DNA of 20,000 nucleotides from Perkinsus olseni (Eukaryota): NCBI GenBank assembly GCA_013115125.1, contig JABANN010000114.1, positions 49,864 to 69,863 of the forward strand, read 5' to 3'. Shown piece by piece: positions 1 to 10,000 of this stretch (position 1 is its first letter; each line of letters starts with the position of its first letter). The notes under the pieces were generated by a model. It saw only the letters and a program-made list of their open reading frames with translations, ran no database searches and was not told where the DNA came from. The position numbers and the translations under genes were made by a program.

Positions 1-138
1 AACACTCAGTCCTGTCCTAGGTGAGTGGTCGAAGAGGATGATGGAGTGATTGTTACTGCTGTTCCTCAGAGCCTCACATCACTGAGGTTAGTCAGAATGA
101 TGATTGTTTGCCCTGTCCACAAACCTTAGCTCGACTGA
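1..138 (+). CDS. 3' end of an unidentified spliced gene (partial), ending ...TLSPVLEPHITELD*
   Basis: GT-AG introns at 21-69 (gtgagt...cctcag) and 87-129 (gttagt...ccttag). Joining exons 1-20, 70-86 and 130-138 leaves one open frame, ending CTC GAC TGA (136-138). Too short to assign a family. Confidence 0.6.
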
Positions 139-708
139 AGTTCAGCGTGGCTGCGGCGTGATTTAACATCATGTTTACTACTTGTATACATCCTAACTGC
201 TCCACTGTCAATTCTCGATGTAATAATCTTATCGTGTTGAAAGAGGCAAGTTGAGTTGAATTTATGAGTGGATATTATTAACAATTATCAGCCATGTTTC
301 GCCTGGTGGGACATGTCGAGCCCCAATCGGGACCGCACATTGCTCGTGTAAGACACACAACCCAGTCATTATCAGCTAATTAAAGTATTAGCCTCGGCAA
401 TTCCACTGGGCATTTGCGTGAAGGAGCTGAGCGGCTTTGACCACTCTATGGTGGAAGTGTGCCCCAGCACACCGAGAGCGATACCAGTGAATCGATAACA
501 ATAACAAAGGATAGAGTTTCCCAATCTCGTGGTCTCGCTAATATGAGCGCTGTGATATTCAGTCACCGTCAATCGATCGTGGCTTTCAATGTCTTATGGT
601 ACTCATACTTGATGTAAACACAAGGGCCGAAATCATGAACTGGACAGTACATTACAGAGTCCACTGAAAGCGGAACTCGCTGGTAGAGGAAGAAAAACAG
701 TAACAAGC

Positions 709-1948
709 TCAGTTTTGCTGCTCTAGGAGATGCTCGATAGTGGAGAGGTCCTGGCACCAGTAGTCCCACACACAAGCTTCCTTGGCATCCTTTTGATGGG
801 AAGAGGCTGATCGAGAAGCGTGTGGGAAAAGCCGATACGCACAAGTCGACTTACCCGCAATCGCACGCTCTTCGGAAGTCACGCCAGAGCAAACTAGGAG
901 CGACTCCATCCCGGAGTTCAGACCGAAGTAGATATCCGTGTCGATGCGATCACCTTATCACAGACATCTCACCACAACCAGGGTGCACAGTGATACTTAC
1001 CAACCATCACCATCCGTGATGCCGGCGTATCCGGATGAGCCTTTCGAATGGCAGCTTGCATGGCGAAGGGTTCTGGCTTGGCGATGAAGCAGTCCGGCTG
1101 ACGACCAGATGCTGTAGCGAGCGCACGGACGATGCATAAGTTGCCCGGAGCCATCTGAGATTGTATCGATCCGAGATGTGGCTCAGGGATGAGCACCTAC
1201 CAGGGCACCCTTGGCTACTGGGATCTGGGCGTCAGGATTAGTGGCGATGAATTTGCAGCCTGGGATGAGTTGAAGACACAGTGATGCATAAGCCAGCTTG
1301 TAGTAGTTGATTTGTACGTCAAAACCTACCATCAGAGTACCATAGTACGAACTTCGAGGCTCCACCAACCAGAGATGACTGCCTGTATGCTTGGGTCGAC
1401 GGTGATGTCCCTGAGAGACTCAGCGTCCATGGCTTTACCGCTGTCGGCTTCCCCGCCGCCAACAACAGTGATGCCCTGACTCTCGAGCTCTCGGACCATG
1501 TTCTGGGATCCGATCGCGTACCTACACCCCGCAGGCATCCTCGGTGTCACCCTAGTGTCACCGCTTACACTCGAGTAATGCCGAGCTGCTTGAGCCTGAG
1601 GCCAGTAAGGTAGGCGCTGCATAGAGCCTTGTCCTCTTTGAAGAGCCCCTTCACTTCAGGGTACATCTCAGTGATTTTGTCGACGTATTGCTGACGAGTC
1701 TTCGAGCTATTGTTAGTAAGGCACCAAACGTCCTTGCCCTCATCATACAGCCTCTTGAGTAGGGACCCGACGCCATCAAAGGTGATGTTACCATCGTAGA
1801 GGCATCCATCGCAATCAAAGATAAAAACGTCGTGGTTATCGATGAACCTGCGGGCCTCGGCAGGAGTGTCTATGTGTACGCCTGCCCTAAGATGGCTCTT
1901 GTGGGATGAGGTACTGGTAGGGCTGCTGCTGCCAGAGAGAGAGGACAT
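709..1948 (-). CDS. PGP: Phosphoglycolate phosphatase / 4-nitrophenylphosphatase (HAD superfamily, subfamily IIA), multi-exon
   Basis: Spliced translation has HAD motif I FIFDCDGCLY, motif II LTNNSSKTR, cap segment GFDVQINYYKLAYA...FIATNPD, motif III AKPEP and motif IV MVG|DRIDTDI, then SLLVCSGVT. Short GT-AG introns join the ORF-track fragments. ATG at 1948, TGA at 709-711. Confidence 0.92.
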
Positions 1949-2066
1949 CAGAAAGATAAAACAGAGGAAGGAGACTGAGCGAGCGCTCGTCCAAAGCGAG
2001 AAGAAGCTGAACACTGGTCGTTCATCACGCCGAAACACTGAATTCGTCATCCCGTTCGCGTAGCTC

Positions 2067-3880
2067 TCAGAACTCAACGGGCTCCACTTTGTCGTAGCCA
2101 GCGAGGATATCCTCAACCTGCTCAGGGTCAACCTTGGATATCTTCGCCGGGGTGTAGTCCGGGGGCATTCCCTGACGAGAACACGACGTGAGCATGAAAG
2201 GCTGTAGACAGAGGCTAAGTTCTCAGAGGTCCCGCAAGGCTCAGCGACTGCGTACTGCTGTGACCTACCTTGCCCTTGTCAAACAGCGTGAAGCGGACGC
2301 CCTCCTTGAAGTTGTAGTTATCAACATGAGTAATGGAGGCCCCCATAAGATACCTATGGACGAGTCCCAGTCAACCAACAGCCCGATACTGCTACTAGGT
2401 ACTCTCGTGCTAGACAGTCCCCCAATGATGACTGCTCTCGTAAGGCCTTGTCGTGAAGAGCGTACCACACCGCGCAGGAGGTAGGACACTTCCGGCTAAG
2501 GGTATCTGCCACATCCCGATTCCCCATTCCCGTGCTCACAGCGGCAGCGATTCTACTTAGACATTTCTCTGCGAAGGGATTGGTATCCTTCTGTGCTTCC
2601 AGAGCAGCGATAATGTCCATCAGGGAAGAATGATGGCCAGGTCCGAAGAACCTGCCAGGTCATGGAAGATACTCCACTCCTCAACGACGGGCGACGGACC
2701 GTTCTATTTGCTGTAGAGTATCGGCGCTCAGTAAGGGATCCTGGTGGACATCCTCGAGGTCCACACTACAGGCCGCATCCAACACCTTGTCGACCTCACC
2801 CTCGCATGCCATCAAGTCCGACCTGAACAGCGCAGCCTCATGGGGACAGGTAACACAAGAAGAGCGACGGTGATAATCACCTAAGCTGATCCATTTTGTA
2901 AGAATCCATGTAGTGGGTTGCCAAACCGTGCTTCAACAAGTCAACGCCGTTGAGGCGAGCTCCTGTAAGGCCTGCCACCACCAAGTGAAATAATCATGTT
3001 TGTGAAGCGCGGGCTGCACCTAGATAGAGTCCCAGCCCAGGAGACTTCAAACGGGAGAGGAAATACGATGCACCAATATCAGGAACCTGACCAGTGGATG
3101 GATATCCGCACAGCTAACCGACTCGGTACAGTACGAATCCGATGCCTGTCTCCGGCATAGAGAATATCGTATTCTCAGCAGCAATACGGTGCGTGCCATA
3201 CAAGGAGAGGCCAACGCCTCCACCCATGACGATACCGTTCCAAAGGGACACCCAATTCGAGGGGTACCTACTATGCTGTCATTCAAACGTAGGGCGACGG
3301 AAGCAGCTTACGTATGGATTCGATGGTTCATTTGGAACTCGGTAGCAAACCACCTAGAAGAGAGATGAGTAACAATTGCCGACGGGCGAGATCTCACCTC
3401 AAATTCCATCCACTGTTGCCCTCGTCAGCCATACGAGCCACATCTCCTCCGGCGCAGAAGGCCCGCTGACCCTCTCCAGTGACTACGACCTACTAGACTC
3501 CCATCCAGCATAGTATATGACATATACTATCTGTGATCGTACTCCTACCGTAGGTGGGCTGTCACTGAGCATCCACTCGCCAACCCAGCTGTTGATACAG
3601 GAGACCTAACCGAAGACTGTAACGGTGGCCTAGCGATGGTAGCACTACTTGGTCCAACGTCAAGGCATTGAGCTTAGAAGGTCTGTTGAGGTGAATGTTG
3701 ACGACCTTGCGAGACTCCGATGCGGAAAGCTTGAGCTCGCCAGTGTGGATGGCTGAGGCGCTAGCACCTGCGAAGGGCGGTGCTGGAGACCTGATAGATC
3801 CACGGACTACTACTACTATGGGCCCCCACTGACGATGCGGCGGTGGACACATGCCTCGCTACGCTCCCCAGACGATTCAT
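2067..3880 (-). CDS. HIBCH: 3-hydroxyisobutyryl-CoA hydrolase, mitochondrial (crotonase/ECH_2 family), multi-exon
   Basis: Motifs across exons: IHLNRPSKLNALTLDQ, GQRAFCAGGDV, WNGIVMGGGVGLSLYG, FSMPETGIGF|VPDIGASYFLSRL, LGLTGARLNG..GLATHY, KCPTS, DFKEGVRFTLFDKGK. N-terminus MNRLGSVARHVSTAASS (ATG 3880) looks like a mitochondrial presequence. Ends ...VEPVEF* (TGA 2067-2069). Confidence 0.9.
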
Positions 3881-4001
3881 CAGAAAAAACAACTGTCCGG
3901 AAATGACCCCAGTCCCCCCTCAGCCAAGCGGCACTTCAACTCGATACATCAAGAATGTCTTAGTAAGTATGTACAGTGTGTCTACACACGATTCCGTGTG
4001 C

Positions 4002-4068
4002 GAGGATACTGTCAGCGCAAGCTCTGTCATTTACTGATGATTGCTGAGCTGCACTTCATTCGTCCCTC
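4002..4068 (-). promoter_or_regulatory. Eukaryotic SECIS element (type II) in the selenoprotein K 3' UTR
   Basis: Minus strand reads gagggacga-AUGAA-gugcagcuc-agc-AA-ucau-caguaa-auga-ca-gagcuugcgc-UGAC-aguauccuc. Helix I is gaggg/uccuc. The non-Watson-Crick core is AUGAA (4055-4059) with UGAC (4011-4014). Helix II is gugcagcuc/gagcuugcgc with one bulge. Unpaired AA at 4041-4042, then an apical mini-helix ucau/auga. Confidence 0.88.
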
Positions 4069-4092
4069 AACGACTTAGTAAAACTCGGACTT

Positions 4093-4838
4093 TTACCCGC
4101 ATCAGCCGCCTGACATCGATGAATGGACATCAGATCGGGAGGGCCGAAGCGGTAGTACCCATGGCCCGCATCTTTGCTATGCCTTCTAAACCCTTCATAT
4201 CTCCCATTTGCGGCCGACCGACACTGCGGGGGCCTCTACCATTGGGACCGCCACCGTTCTGAAATGCGACTCCTCGAACACACAGGCGCCCACACCATGA
4301 TTGAATCAGGCTTGAGCGCAACGAGAGGGATCGATGTGAAGATCCAGCGGAGAAGTGCATGCTGGGTGGCAGCAGTTGCTCTACCAAGCACTCGATAGAA
4401 TCGAGTTGTAGTCCATGAGACCCGATGAGCTCATCATGTTTCTACCCGCGTCCGGGCGTACTCAGTCCGCAGACACTATGACCCGTCTGCTACGTCGGGC
4501 GTACTGATACACGTGCACAACGTATAACGTTGGAAATGCAAGGGGTGTCCCCATTCGTATTACATCCCCTCCCCAGCCACCGCCTCCTTTGCGGCTCCTG
4601 TTCGAGGATGGACGGTATGCTGAGCTCGATCCCGGCGCGAAGATACCCTAAAAGCCGACATCAAATTCGCTTGACTGAACGCACTTAGCCCGCTACTGAC
4701 TTGCAAGAACAGCATCACCACTCCGAAGACCTTCCAGAACAGATCAATAACCGCCTGTAGGGGCCACCACAAGCTCAACTTCCTGTGGGGCACTTGGGAC
4801 TCATCCGAGTACAATACTCCATCCACTATCACCGCCAT
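4093..4838 (-). CDS. SELENOK: Selenoprotein K (112 aa, Sec encoded by in-frame UGA at 4102-4104); exons 4701-4838, 4564-4647, 4159-4258, 4093-4109
   Basis: Spliced product: MAVIVDGVLYSDESQVPHRKLSLWWPLQAVIDLFWKVFGVVMLFLQ|GIFAPGSSSAYRPSSNRSRKGGGGWGGD|NGGGPNGRGPRSVGRPQMGDMKGLEGIAKMRAMG|GUCG*. This matches SelK architecture: MxxIxxG start, one TM helix with DxFW..F, Gly/Pro/Arg-rich tail, and Sec third from the C-terminus after GG. All three introns are GT-AG and frame-consistent, and a SECIS follows. Confidence 0.9.
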
Positions 4839-5592
4839 TAATGATGATAACAAAAATCAATATAACTGGCATGACCCCTCCCACCCGAATCCAGGAAATG
4901 AACGATTTACATGCTGATGTGAATACCCGCTGCATTTCCGACCCCAGTACTCCTTTTGCACCGCCAAAGCTGATAATCGGCCCTTTCGGAGTCACAGACT
5001 CGAAACTACCAGAGGGGAAGAACGGAAACTGCCGGATAGATCATTTCCAGAAACCCAAAACTCGCCGGCGAAAAGGGTCTCACCGTGCAGATCGTGCGGT
5101 GATGACTCGCTCAGGAGGAATTCCAATATACGATTGCGATCCAGATGTGGCGCGGGATAGCCCCGTTGACGGCGGAAGCTAATTGATAATGAACTCCACA
5201 GAAGACGACATCGGAAAGGGGCATACAGGGTGGTGATGATGGTGGGAGATCAGCTTGGCAGTATCATCATTGATGGTGGTAGCCACAATACTGACGACCC
5301 GAAATGGTGATGCGTGTACGAAGACAGCAGCAACACCAGCCAACAACTAAAATCACTAGGTTAAACACTTCTTGTCCTCAGCCTCCATACAGTCGAATGC
5401 AGCCACGCACTAGTAGACGACGCGACCAGCATCAAACAGTGGAGGTGATATCGTAAGATGACAAAGTGCTGCCTAGTGATCAGGGTGGGGGCAGCTAACA
5501 CCCTATGGCGGACTATTCCTCTTTAAGTAGAGCGAGCAATGGTATCATTGTTACTATCATTTACATTTAGCATCGGTACTAGTAGTTCCAAC

Positions 5593-6780
5593 CTACTCTA
5601 CAGCACGCGACCCGCTGCTACTACTACCAGTATTCTCCTCTGTTGTAGCCGGCCTGGGGGCCTTTCTGCTCTTCCTCTGCGTGGGCGCAGGAGCTGCATG
5701 GTACAACACCAAGCCACCCAGCGCCAAGGCAAACGATATGGCATACATGGCGTGGGACAACCTGAAACTACCTTCTCTAAGGAAGTCGAACACCGCAGCA
5801 TAGATGTGGGTAGTTAGCAGAGAAAGGTTCATCACAGCCGCGTCAAAGAGACCAAGGAAGTGGGCTGTCAACGTGTACATGGTGACCAGACAGAAAACGT
5901 ATCCTGCCATATACCCAACCGCCACTCCGTTCGTCCAGTCTATGGCAGCTATCTGCTTGCGCTCATGCGACACGACGTGGATGAGTGAAATCAAAATGCC
6001 GAAGAGGCCAATCATACCGAGGAACTCCGCCGAGGCTAAGAAAGGGTCAATGCAGCGTTTACGCTTCATGTCTTCATCCACGACCTCCGTTTCCAGCTTC
6101 GTTGATCGTAATCGCTTCACCATGTACTCCTGGAAGACATTGCCACAAGCATAGAGGGTAGCGCCAGCGAGAACGAGGAGATCTCCGACCAGGGCGTCTT
6201 GCGAAGAGGCAAGATTATCGGGATTCCTAGTGTAATCGAGCCACACAGTAAAACCCATTCCCGAGAGGGATATGACAACAGCTCCTATGTGGACCCAGTT
6301 GTACTTGGCCTTGAGGAAAATCATTGATAGAACCATCGCGCAAGGGATGGTGAAGCAGTTGAGCAGTTGAGCTGACGTGATGTTAGTGAACTGATAGGCC
6401 CACACAGCGAGGTAGTTCGCGTTGACGTCAATGCAAGCGAAGATGAGGTAGAACCACCACGGCAAAGTCAAACCGTTCTTCCACGGTTTACAGGCGAAAA
6501 CGTAAAAGCTCAGAAATACGTAGATGAACATACTCTGAAAGGCTGGAGCATTGAAGTTGTAGTCACTTGCCAGTACTGTTGAGAAGGCCCCAGTGCCGAA
6601 GACGCAGAGGGAGATGATCTGACCCTCTAGGATGGCCCATGCCTTCATCCGAATAGCTTCCTTGGATATGCCTTGTCGGGATGATGGGTAACAACGCATG
6701 GCGGTGGTCGGGCTGTCCTCAAGCAGTAGGGGTCTCGATAGGGCGGAGGTGATGAAAGAGAGGTCATCCAGCACTCCCAT
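5593..6780 (-). CDS. SLC35F1/F2-family (DUF914, DMT superfamily) membrane transporter
   Basis: 395-aa ORF with ~10 hydrophobic helices and family motifs GQIISLC, APAFQS, IDVNANYLAVWAYQFTNITSAQLLNCFTIP, GDLLVLAGATLYACGNVFQEY, EFLGMIGLFG and MNLSLLT. Core is intronless. The true start may be a later Met (MRCYP or MKAWA), and a spliced 3' extension toward ~5356 cannot be excluded. Confidence 0.9.
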   Translation of the reverse strand: MGVLDDLSFITSALSRPLLLEDSPTTAMRCYPSSRQGISKEAIRMKAWAILEGQIISLCVFGTGAFSTVLASDYNFNAPAFQSMFIYVFLSFYVFACKPWKNGLTLPWWFYLIFACIDVNANYLAVWAYQFTNITSAQLLNCFTIPCAMVLSMIFLKAKYNWVHIGAVVISLSGMGFTVWLDYTRNPDNLASSQDALVGDLLVLAGATLYACGNVFQEYMVKRLRSTKLETEVVDEDMKRKRCIDPFLASAEFLGMIGLFGILISLIHVVSHERKQIAAIDWTNGVAVGYMAGYVFCLVTMYTLTAHFLGLFDAAVMNLSLLTTHIYAAVFDFLREGSFRLSHAMYAISFALALGGLVLYHAAPAPTQRKSRKAPRPATTEENTGSSSSGSRAVE

Positions 6781-7096
6781 GAGGAGTAGAGGTATCTCTG
6801 AGACGACATCGGCGTCACACTGATGAGCGGAGCGAAGCGATTCACGTTGTGGCGTTTTCGAAGTCGCCAGTCACGCGAGCGAACTTGCTACTCGAGCAAC
6901 AGTGTGCCTTTGTGTTCAACTCTGGGTCGAGTTTGGAAGCTCAAGTTGCCTTTGATGCGTCGCGGAGTCCCTCTACCCCTACCTCCGTGACCCCGCTGCC
7001 CGCCAAGGAAGGGTTTGACAACACAAAGGTGATACATCTTCATGAACATCACTCAACTGTATCATTACTCGCAACGGAGTCAGTGCATCATCATCA

Positions 7097-10000
7097 TCAT
7101 TTACTATGATGGCCTATCGCGGCTGCCTTTGTCACCTCCAACAGGAGGCTTGGCACCGATGAAAGCTGGTCGAAGGAGGCAAGGGCAGTGACCTGAGTAA
7201 TGATTGAATGATGCACTCGGCAGCGGTACGGGGAACAGGTACGGACCTGGTCGAAGTTCTTGAGGACAAAGGACATACAATGGCGTTTGAGGTCGGTCGC
7301 CTGATGCTGGTCACTTATCTTCAGAAGGGTACACACATTATCAACGTCAACCATGTGGATGAGTACGGCTTGGCAAAGGTGCTTCAAACCGTCCAAGGCA
7401 TAGTGGTCGGCCTGGCAGGTCACCGGGAGTAGCGGCCGTCACTCACGGAATCGATAACGAGGAGAAGGAGGTAAGCGCAGACTTACCAAGCCCAGGACCT
7501 CCGCCATACTCCCGGTGTCCAATTTATGATGTGCTACGCGACCAGTATATAAAAACTCCAGCATGACCGAGAAGGCCTCGAACGACCAGCCGGTCAGTTT
7601 GACCTGAGAAACATCACGACCATAGAAGCAAGCAAGGAACGGAGCAGCAGCAGCACCTCTCGCTCTCGAGACTCCTTCATACCTCCCGTGAACATCGCTC
7701 TGAAGTGACTGCATTGAGAGGCCTGAACAGGTCCAGCGGAGGGTACCACAGGGCACAGGGCCGCGTGATCTCACCAGTATGGCCTTGTGGGCGTAGATTC
7801 GCTCGCCGCTGTCACCAATTAACAAAGTTACATCGCTGAACTCAGGATTGTTGAGGAGGCCACGCAGATTAGACAAGAGCGCTGCGACCTGTACAAGGTT
7901 GTAGATCGTAGTGGGAGGATTCACCAGGTGACTTACCGCGCCCTCCGACAGTTCTGTCTCCTCTAGTCGGGTAACGTCCAGGACGTGAAGATCGTTCAAC
8001 CAGCGGATACCGTCGAAGCCACCAAAGACAAACAACTTCGCAGAGCCAACCAAGCATGCTGAATGCCTGAGAGGACGTGGGTCGCATCAGGCGACTGCCG
8101 CTTGAAGGAGTGGCATGACCTCTGTCGGCCTGCCGGAACATGGTCGCTCTCTGTAGGATGCATCCACCTACAGGAAGCCTAACAACTTGGCAGGGGAGTG
8201 AGAGGCCGTGCTTACCTGTGCACGGTCGATCCACTAAAATCACCAGTGCTAGGAGAGAAGCCACCGGGGTGCCCCGTGTCCAGTATGTAGAGGTCGTTAG
8301 ACCGACCCTATCCAAAGCTGGAATTCGACGCAGTACGTGATGAGTCCGGCGCTCTCACCTTGCCATCATACCCGCCGAAAAGGAAGATCTTCCTCCCAAT
8401 CAAGTTGGCAGTGTGCCCTCGCAAACCTGGCGGGGGCGTCCCGAGGATGCTAGGCTGGTACCTGCCGGGGTACATACCTCCACCCAGGCTCTCGGCACAC
8501 TCACCAGAGTAACTTGGTGGTGTCGAAAACATGAAGATCTGTGAGATGCTTGTTACCACTGTGACCGCCAAACAGGTACAGCTTCGTACCTTCACGACGA
8601 GAGCATGACGAAGCCGTGGCCACAGAGAACGCACCAACAACAGTCATCGTGTGAGCGTTCCTCGCCATGGGAGGCTGTCCACAGATGTTGGGTTGAATCC
8701 AGGTCATGGTCTCCAGGTCCAGTACATCTGAAAAAGAACCTCGTAGCCTCCCTTCCCTCCCCCTCTGAGCTGACCTATGTCATTGAAGCATTTCTGTCCA
8801 TCATACCCGCCAAACATGTACAACTTCTTATTCAGTCGCGAGAGCGTATGGCAGGCCCGAGCTGATGGCGACTGCGAAGGCTATACAATGACAACCACTC
8901 AATGATTGCTCCCCACCTGGCCGCTAGTTATGACTTTGACCCAGCGGAGATTCCTGTAGGCGGCGTTCGTGGGGTTGGTCGACAATACCTATCACACGGC
9001 GCTAGCCCATGACGTCAACATTGTCGACCTCACAGACTCGTCTGCCCTATCTTCGACCTCGTCGTCTACCCTGAGGATTGGCACAGGATGAGGCAAAGTG
9101 GCAAGGCAAACGAGAGCCGAGACACAATTTCCACGGAGCGCTACCGGCCGCTACCGGAACCTACTCTTCCAAATTGCCACTGAGAGCACCTGCGCTGACC
9201 TGAGGAAGGGAGACTGACGTCCGATAGTGACTCAGCCCTAGAAATGTCCTCACCGTCGACCCAGGGTCCCCAGTGCCTTGTGATGCTAGCGTGGGGTTGA
9301 GGGTCCCAGGGGAGGCGTACACAGGCGCATTGGCGTTACCGCCAGTTGCGGTATCCGCCTGGAAGCTGGTCATGCTCGCCGCCCTGCCGGCCACCATGTT
9401 ACTCCTCACACCGGGACCTGCCAGCACTCAGCCTACCATTCACAGCTGATAGCAGCTATGCATACACGGGCACGAGGGAATCGATGGACCGTCATGGCAG
9501 ATACTCTCAGACTACCAACCGCCACTCTCATCGCAGTTCCCTGTGCACGGGTTAAGTGCTCTTACTGGAAGTAGCCGCTGGCCCTCCAGACTGCTGCTGC
9601 TGGTGCTGCTGCTGCTGCTGTTGGGTGTACAGTACTGCAGGAGATCCCGTAGGATAACTGAGCCACAATGGTACGAGGAAGTTGGAGAAGCACGTTGTCG
9701 CTGAGGCTACCTCCCAGATCTTTGGAGCTGAGGAGAGGACGGCGCATCGGCACGACGGGACTGGTGGCGCTGCTGAAGCTGCTGCCCCGCGAGGCGGTGC
9801 TCCGGGTAGTCCATATTCACCTGCCTCTATGCATACAACAGTAGCCGGGAACTCCCTCTGCCTACCAGAACGTGAGTATCAGCCAACCACTTCCCGCCAT
9901 CGTGACCGCCGTGGACGAAGAGCCTGCCGTCCACTACAGCAGTCGTGTGCTGATGATGATAATAGTGATACGATGATGCAGCGAGCCGGCCGTAGGTGGA

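Noticed and set aside
4130-4387. ORF-track 85-aa ORF ending ...ASALPI* as the real product; its TGA (4130-4132) is also followed by TGT (Cys)
   Set aside because: The ORF starts in intron 2 and runs into intron 3. The CTGAT there sits ~20 nt before the 3' AG, as expected for a branch point, so the second 'UGA-Cys' is probably coincidental. The spliced GGUCG end fits SelK far better.
4841-5182. 113-aa plus-strand ORF between SelK and SLC35F
   Set aside because: No recognisable motif, opposite to the orientation of the whole block, and overlapping the SelK upstream region. Likely spurious.
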